From a virus (Duplodnaviria; Caudoviricetes): a stretch of 64,000 nt of DNA. The stretch spans positions 1 through 64,000 of IMG/VR virus record IMGVR_UViG_3300027679_000366; one strand, written 5' to 3'. Of this stretch, positions 58,564 to 64,000 are shown in pieces. The notes below the pieces were generated by a model. The model was not told the origin of the DNA. It saw nothing but the letters and a program-made list of their open reading frames with translations, and searched no databases. Position numbers and translations under genes: made by a program. Positions within the stretch are counted from its first letter, which is position 1. The number at the start of each line of letters is the position of its first letter.

Positions 58564-58977
58564 TTAACCGCTAAATGGAGCAACACAACCAGCTACTACT
58601 GTAACTGTAGCGGCTACACCACCGTTACCGGCTGCGATTGCTGTTTCTAAAATACCAAAGTTTGCAGTTGGTGCTAAACCACCTGATGGAATTGCTGTAC
58701 GGCTAGTTTCTGTATCACCAACGTATTGTGTGTCAGTTGCAATGATAACATTGAAGCTGTCTGTTCCAGCGTCTACTGGCGTAAACACTGCCCATACTTC
58801 AGCTGTTTGTTGCAATGCACGAACTGACTTGCTGAACAAGCTGTTTGCTAATGCGTGATCAACAAATACATCAGCGATAGCGATGTTTAATACGCTAAGT
58901 TGGCGTGTACCAAATTGTGTGGTTGGTGTTGTTTTTAAGTAGTTTGCGGCTACTGTGTTTCCGACTAATGATGGCAT
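58564..58977 (-). CDS. Probable small virion structural protein
   Basis: MPSL.G..V..NY, FGTR.L, VRALQ..AEV shared with 2653-3120. Confidence 0.6.
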   Translation of the reverse strand: MPSLVGNTVAANYLKTTPTTQFGTRQLSVLNIAIADVFVDHALANSLFSKSVRALQQTAEVWAVFTPVDAGTDSFNVIIATDTQYVGDTETSRTAIPSGGLAPTANFGILETAIAAGNGGVAATVTVVAGCVAPFSG

Positions 58978-59062
58978 AATAATCTCCTCTGAATATGCTT
59001 ATCAAATACTCGCACTCTGCGAGCTTTGTATATGTATTTAGTATCTGAGTTTAAAAACTAGT

Positions 59063-59905
59063 TCAAATCGCCAATTTTTGACGGATGTTTTTAAACCAAT
59101 CTACAGTACCTTCCTTAAGATGAGGGTACTTTTTAGCCATGTCATCACGGAATTGTTCTAATCTAGGGCTATCAATACCGCCTACTGCTTGAATCATGCT
59201 TTCAACATTGCCTAACATTTCAGCAGTTGCGCCTTTGCCCAGTACAATCTCCGCTACTTTATCAATGTTGTGTGTAATTACTTTACCTGTGCTACGATCT
59301 TGTAAAGCACCGCCAAATCCGTTGTACTGGAATGTCTTGGGAGGATGTCCTGGAATCGTGTTAACTAAACTGCTCAGTGCAAACTGCTGATCTTGCCCTC
59401 CGTATGGGCTATCTTTAACTGAGTAGTCATGCTCGTGATGCTGGCCAATTTCGTGTGCATTAGCCATGGTCATCAAGTCTACTTGAAAGTACGCCGGCAA
59501 GCCTTGAATGTCTTGTCCCATAGGATAGCCTATGTGTACGTTCTTACCTATTTGCAATGTTGGATATTGCTGTGACATTTGTTGTGCTACTACTTTACGA
59601 ACAGCACCGTCATCCATTTGAGGATCTAAGTTTAACTTTTGTTTAATCTTATCTGTATCTAAGAATATATCAATATCGCCAGAGTCGATCTTTGTGGTAC
59701 CTTTGCTAGCATATCTATGTTCTGGATCAAACGAGCCTGCGCCGCCTGCTCTCCAGAAGCCTGCATCACCAATGCCGTCAAGTACTGGTTGTAGGTCTTG
59801 TTTAACTTGCAAGAACTGCTTAGGTGATAAACGTACTAGCACACCCTTAGTTGGGTTGTTTTCTAAGTAGTCAATTCCTAGCTTTTTAAGGGCATTACCG
59901 CTCAT
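59063..59905 (-). CDS. Pol beta/PolX-like nucleotidyltransferase
   Basis: SGDIDIF, FQVDL, HHEHDY, GQDQQFALSSL. Confidence 0.7.
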   Translation of the reverse strand: MSGNALKKLGIDYLENNPTKGVLVRLSPKQFLQVKQDLQPVLDGIGDAGFWRAGGAGSFDPEHRYASKGTTKIDSGDIDIFLDTDKIKQKLNLDPQMDDGAVRKVVAQQMSQQYPTLQIGKNVHIGYPMGQDIQGLPAYFQVDLMTMANAHEIGQHHEHDYSVKDSPYGGQDQQFALSSLVNTIPGHPPKTFQYNGFGGALQDRSTGKVITHNIDKVAEIVLGKGATAEMLGNVESMIQAVGGIDSPRLEQFRDDMAKKYPHLKEGTVDWFKNIRQKLAI

Positions 59906-60153
59906 TCTTTATCTTCCTGTATACGTTTGATGCCACGCTTGAACTTGGTGCCATCACCAGACTTAATGCTGTTGATAAAGCGGCGTTCTAGTTCGGCGGC
60001 AGTTTCAATGTCGTAGTTTTCCTTGATGAGATTAATTAGATTAATAGCACTTTGAATTATGTTTGAACCGCGGCTTTCAACTACTAGGTCAGTGTCTCGA
60101 CTGATACCTAGGTCGCTAAGTTCCTGCAAAATTGATCTGGTACTTTTACGCAT
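59902..60153 (-). CDS. Conserved phage hypothetical protein
   Basis: Homolog of 1392-1643. Confidence 0.85.
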   Translation of the reverse strand: MRKSTRSILQELSDLGISRDTDLVVESRGSNIIQSAINLINLIKENYDIETAAELERRFINSIKSGDGTKFKRGIKRIQEDKE

Positions 60154-60297
60154 ATTTTTATTCTTCCAAGTGTATTTATAGTATACACGGATTGAATAAT
60201 AATATCAATTAACTTGGTAAATGTTGCAGTGCCGTGTATACTTGCTAAATACTAAGTAGAAACCATGAGTAACTACACCAACACACAGGAAAGCAAA

Positions 60298-60477
60298 ATG
60301 AAATATCTATCAGAAAAGATGCAGTCTATACTGGAACGTTTAAGTGAAATGTTCCCAGGTAGCAGTTATCAATCAAGTCTAGATGCTTATCTAGCAGACA
60401 AAGGCATTACCGATGCCGCTCAACTCGAAAACTATGTTCGCGAGTTCAACTACTCTCAAAAAGGGAATTATCTATGA
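60298..60477 (+). CDS. Small protein, possibly DUF3563-like
   Basis: Homolog of 1066-1242. Confidence 0.7.
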   Translation: MKYLSEKMQSILERLSEMFPGSSYQSSLDAYLADKGITDAAQLENYVREFNYSQKGNYL

Positions 60478-60599
60478 AAACAATCATCAACTCAATCTGG
60501 TCATTTTTAGAAGCATTTGGCCAAGCACGTTATGCGGCTAGCCTTGCTCGTCAAGGTCGCGTGGAAGAATCCAAAGCTGTGTACAATGGACGAGCATGA
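60474..60599 (+). CDS. 41-aa hypothetical peptide
   Basis: MKTIINSIWSFLEAFGQARYAASLARQGRVEESKAVYNGRA. Confidence 0.7.
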   Translation: MKTIINSIWSFLEAFGQARYAASLARQGRVEESKAVYNGRA

Positions 60600-60699
60600 T
60601 CCAGTAGAATCAGTGGTCAAACACGTACACATCGTGCTACCCATTGTGGGAGCAGTATTGATGTTTATGTTGGCTTTCATTGCCATCACTATGGCTTGA
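60586..60699 (+). CDS. 37-aa membrane peptide
   Basis: Homolog of 844-957. Confidence 0.7.
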   Translation: MDEHDPVESVVKHVHIVLPIVGAVLMFMLAFIAITMA

Positions 60700-60727
60700 C
60701 GCTGTACAACACCTGATAAATATTGGC

Positions 60728-61300
60728 ATGAACTTGGTGTACATTCATGGAGCAAATGCCACAAGCGAAAGCTTCAACTATATTAAAAGTAAACTGGGCA
60801 CGGGCTTAGACCTTAATTATGACAGTCGAAATGGGTTTGAAAACAATCTAAAAGACATGCAGTCAACGTTGCAAAACTATAAGAACCTAGTGTTTGTTGC
60901 ACACAGCTTGGGCGGTATATACGCATTGCATTTGGCCAACTCAATGCCCGAGTCCGTTAAGGGTGCTGTTACATTGAGCACACCATATGGTGGTGCTGAA
61001 GTAGCGGACTATGCTCAATACTTTTTACCATTCAGCAGACTGATGCGTGACATTGGACCCAGTTCGTGGGTAATGAAGCAGGCCAACCGTATCAAGATAC
61101 AGCATCCGTGGACAAACATTGTTACTGTGAAAGGACAAAGTCCGTTCATGCATGGGCCCAACGATGGTGTGGTAACTATTGCCAGTCAACGGCATCATGG
61201 GGACATGGAACTGGTGGAAGTGGACTGTAACCACTATGAAGTTGTGCTGAGTGATGCAGTTGTTAAACTTGTGGAAGAAAGAGTAAACAAGTTTCGCTAA
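60728..61300 (+). CDS. Alpha/beta hydrolase
   Basis: AHSLGG; homolog of 243-815. Confidence 0.85.
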   Translation: MNLVYIHGANATSESFNYIKSKLGTGLDLNYDSRNGFENNLKDMQSTLQNYKNLVFVAHSLGGIYALHLANSMPESVKGAVTLSTPYGGAEVADYAQYFLPFSRLMRDIGPSSWVMKQANRIKIQHPWTNIVTVKGQSPFMHGPNDGVVTIASQRHHGDMELVEVDCNHYEVVLSDAVVKLVEERVNKFR

Positions 61301-61398
61301 TAAGTCATTCAGCTTTACACACAGTTATGTATACTGTATAATAAATACATGGACAGCAAAGTTGCTGTCAATACAGACATTACACACAGGAGATTATT

Positions 61399-61668
61399 AT
61401 GTCACAATTCGAAACACCAAAACTACCAGAAGTTAAATTCAGCAAGAACGGTTACGAGATCCGCACAGACGTGCTGTCCATGGCCAAAGACGCTGTTATG
61501 GAAGAATACCACTCAAAGTTCCGCGGTTGGGAAATGTCAGTGGCCAAAGACGAAAAGACTGGTCAAGTTGTTACCAGAGTAGATATGCCAGAGTTTCCAG
61601 GCTTAGACAAGATCATGGAAGCGGCTGAAAAGTTCTATGGGTTCGTTAATACGGGCACAAAGAAGTAA
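61399..61668 (+). CDS. Conserved phage hypothetical protein
   Basis: KNGYEIR.DVL.MAKD...AEKFY.FV; strong RBS. Confidence 0.85.
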   Translation: MSQFETPKLPEVKFSKNGYEIRTDVLSMAKDAVMEEYHSKFRGWEMSVAKDEKTGQVVTRVDMPEFPGLDKIMEAAEKFYGFVNTGTKK

Positions 61669-61704
61669 GCATAGCTTTTAGTAGGTTGATACTATAAAAA
61701 CACT

Positions 61705-61728
61705 AAAGGACTCTTCGGAGTCCTTTTT
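61705..61728. terminator. Terminator between convergent genes
   Basis: AAAGGACTC-TTCG-GAGTCCTTT plus T run. Confidence 0.88.
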
Positions 61729-62081
61729 TATGCTTGTCTATATATTAGGTTTGATTTTATACTTGTAGGACTAAAGAATTCTTCTACAGTATGTATTGCT
61801 TGGCTTGTATCAAAATCCTTACAACTAAACACATCGATATAAGCGGCCTTTGTTGAATTAACAAAGTGTGCTGTTATATTGCTAGTTGTTATCATTTGCA
61901 GTAGACTATAGCCTTCGTTGTCAGTACCAACCAGCATGAGTTCTATTTGTGGACTACCATATGCTGTCATATTAATTCGTTCAATTAATGTAACAACAAA
62001 ATTATTAATAGTTGTTCTATCAGTAATAGATTCTAGATTGCAATCGCTACAATCTAATATTAAGTGGTAACCCCAGCTCAT
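61728..62081 (-). CDS. speD: S-adenosylmethionine decarboxylase-like proenzyme
   Basis: GYHLILD..DC, GYS...I..SNI..H, YIDVFSC..FD. Confidence 0.8.
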   Translation of the reverse strand: MSWGYHLILDCSDCNLESITDRTTINNFVVTLIERINMTAYGSPQIELMLVGTDNEGYSLLQMITTSNITAHFVNSTKAAYIDVFSCKDFDTSQAIHTVEEFFSPTSIKSNLIYRQA

Positions 62082-62488
62082 GCAACGCTTTCTTGTCCAA
62101 AGTACGATGGATGTGCTTTACCCCAGTTGCGCATGATTACTGCCGCTCGGGCATTGGCTTCATTTTCTTGTGGTGATCCTGTAGATCCTGCTTCATCATC
62201 TTCTAGCTCATTGTCTAAGTCTTGCTTGTAGTGTACAAGTTCATGTGCTAATGTACGGCATACATCCATGATGTGACGATTCTTTACTGTGATAGTAATA
62301 TGTTCGTCGCCCGGAGCATATCCACCAAAGCTTCTACGTTCCATAGACTCTTTGTTATCAAACACAAAGTCAAACTTAGGCAAGCTGGTTAGCTCTAAGT
62401 CTTTGGCGGCAAAACGGATAAAGTCCAATAGGATTGGATAGGTATCCTTCTTGTTTAGACTTTCAGTTAGGAGTTCTTTAATCTTCAT
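62078..62488 (-). CDS. Zincin-like metallopeptidase
   Basis: RTLAHELVH (HExxH) and downstream ENEANA. Confidence 0.75.
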   Translation of the reverse strand: MKIKELLTESLNKKDTYPILLDFIRFAAKDLELTSLPKFDFVFDNKESMERRSFGGYAPGDEHITITVKNRHIMDVCRTLAHELVHYKQDLDNELEDDEAGSTGSPQENEANARAAVIMRNWGKAHPSYFGQESVA

Positions 62489-62499
62489 ATATGTACTTA

Positions 62500-63708
62500 T
62501 TAGAAGCCGTTAGTGGAAGTTCTGTAAAAGATTTTACCAGTAAAGTCTGATGTCTTGGCCTGTCCTGGATACTCATAACTGACAGTTAGCACTCCTGGAC
62601 CGTCTGGACCATTACCAAACATCACACGCAAGGGAATGTATGTGCCTGCTGTTAGAGCGACTGTAGTTGACACTTCACTCTCGCCGTGTAGACCGCCGTT
62701 TGATATAATCACGTTAGTTAATGTATCACCGCTTCGCCAGTTGGTAATAGCATTGTCGCCAAACCACAAGTAAGCACCGTCATCACAACTCAAATATATT
62801 GTGTAGTTGCCAGTGTATGTTACTCGTAAGTAACCTTTCAGCATCATACTAGTGGAGTTGGGTAGGTCTGGTTCGTTGATGTCATTGTCAGCAGCGTCAA
62901 AGTTATTAGGAGCAGCCTTTAAGGCAGCAGTATCAAAGAAGTTAGCACTTTCATAATGATAACCTTCATAGTTAGTACGCCATATACCTGGGCTTACTTC
63001 AATAACTTCACCGTTGTATGTTGCTTCGGTGTTTGGATCGTACCAAGGACGACCTTGTAATAATCCGCTGGTGTTGGCGTTGTCAACAATATCGGTACCA
63101 TCATATTGTGTTGGCAAAAATGCAAGATCGTAAGTATTTTTAGCACGATAGTACGGTTTGGTAGCATCTAAACTACCAGTAATGGTGCCATCTCTAGCAA
63201 CTACCTTGCCCTGACGTTTAGCTTCAGCTATGTCAAGTTTAGCAATCTGCCTAGCCTCTTTGTCTGCTCCGCCGCCGCCACCTAACTCAGTTGCGTATAT
63301 GACAAATGATGTGCCGTTGGGAATTAACGATGTATTAAGTTCACCAGCACCACTGCCTGCAAGGGCTAGTGAATTTGCTGTGGTGATAGTCCAAATGTCA
63401 ACACCAGACTCACTAGGATCATTGGATTCACCTGTGCCATCAGGTTGGTTCATTGATCTTGTAAAACTGGGTTGGCCGTTGGCTGGCACAAAAGTCCAGT
63501 TCCTAGCACCAGCACCCAGGGCAATTACCTGTGCCATGTAAGTGTCTAAGGTGCCACTGTCTTTTCTAGTGGCTAGGGTTCCTACTCCGTATGCGTCATA
63601 GTTGAACGTGCCCACTGCCACTAGATAACTGCTGGCGCCGCCCCCGTTAAAACTGGTTGCTGTTAAGCCAGTTGGTATTGTCAGTGTTGATATTCCGTTT
63701 AGGGCCAT
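62500..63708 (-). CDS. Virion protein with C-terminal PA14/GLEYA carbohydrate-binding domain
   Basis: GYL....TGNYT..LSCDDGAYLW, NGGLHG, YIPLRVMF. Confidence 0.8.
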   Translation of the reverse strand: MALNGISTLTIPTGLTATSFNGGGASSYLVAVGTFNYDAYGVGTLATRKDSGTLDTYMAQVIALGAGARNWTFVPANGQPSFTRSMNQPDGTGESNDPSESGVDIWTITTANSLALAGSGAGELNTSLIPNGTSFVIYATELGGGGGADKEARQIAKLDIAEAKRQGKVVARDGTITGSLDATKPYYRAKNTYDLAFLPTQYDGTDIVDNANTSGLLQGRPWYDPNTEATYNGEVIEVSPGIWRTNYEGYHYESANFFDTAALKAAPNNFDAADNDINEPDLPNSTSMMLKGYLRVTYTGNYTIYLSCDDGAYLWFGDNAITNWRSGDTLTNVIISNGGLHGESEVSTTVALTAGTYIPLRVMFGNGPDGPGVLTVSYEYPGQAKTSDFTGKIFYRTSTNGF

Positions 63709-63751
63709 TATTTGTATCCTCTAACAATATTTATGCTATAAATACGTTACT

Positions 63752-64000
63752 ATGATAAACATCGAACCATTCGAAAAACTAATTACAGATCTTAAAGAAA
63801 ACGGCAAATACCGTGTATTCAACGATATTCTGCGTGAAAATGGCAAGTTCCCACAGGCTATTTGGTATGGCCCTTACAACATTAAGAACATAACCAACTG
63901 GTGTAGCAACGACTACTTGGGCATGGGACAAAGCAAGGTAGTACTAGATGCCATGCACACCGCATTAGACATGACTGGCGCCGGGTCAGGCGGCACACGA
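63752..64000 (+). CDS. hemA: 5-aminolevulinate synthase (ALAS), N-terminal part, truncated by window end
   Basis: Manual translation MINIEPFEKLITDLKENGKYRVFNDILRENGKFP...NWCSNDYLGMG...GAGSGGTR; TATAAATA upstream; not in the ORF track. Confidence 0.88.
   Translation, partial: MINIEPFEKLITDLKENGKYRVFNDILRENGKFPQAIWYGPYNIKNITNWCSNDYLGMGQSKVVLDAMHTALDMTGAGSGGTR

Larger units (their letters stand above)
1..61668. repeat. Giant diverged inverted duplication: arm A (1-30532) versus arm B (30540-61668)
   Basis: About 40 homologous genes lie in mirror-image order, e.g. dnaK 22896+ / 36963-, nrdA 10371+ / 50932-, hydrolase 815- / 60728+. The proteins are homologous but not identical. Confidence 0.97.

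Noticed and set aside
1-61668. Fold-back (palindromic) amplification or sequencing artefact
   Set aside because: The arms differ by many substitutions, indels, gene gains and rearrangements; a fold-back copy would be essentially identical.
1-64000. Stop-codon reassignment, tRNA genes, introns in nrdA/nrdB
   Set aside because: Genes are full length and densely packed in the standard code, no tRNA cloverleaf was noticed by eye (tRNAscan not run), and the nrd genes are colinear in both arms.

Overview
This window is DNA from a large T4-like (myovirus-type) phage, AT-rich and in the standard genetic code. The host is probably a freshwater Betaproteobacterium, inferred from the DnaK, IscU/IscA and NrdAB sequences. 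The window consists of two diverged, syntenic copies of one ~30 kb region in inverted orientation. Arm A spans 1-30532 and is mostly on +; arm B spans 30540-61668 and is mostly on -; 2.3 kb of unpaired sequence follows. Each arm carries virion and head genes, two nucleotidyltransferases, an exonuclease, a tail fibre, nrdAB-grx, iscU/iscA, an Hc1-like protein, a SleB hydrolase, rpsU, dnaK-hsp20-clpS, and heme oxygenase plus a PcyX-type bilin reductase. Comparing the arms reveals features absent from the ORF track: two conserved -1 frameshift sites (A AAA AAG), four ROSE-like RNA thermometers (before dnaK and hsp20), several conserved structured leaders and trailers with GGA loops, and a shared N-terminal capsid-targeting-like motif on several enzymes. 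A truncated 5-aminolevulinate synthase (hemA) lies at the window end. Whether the inverted architecture is a real molecule or an assembly chimera of two related phages cannot be decided from sequence alone. All family calls come from motif recognition; no database search was run.
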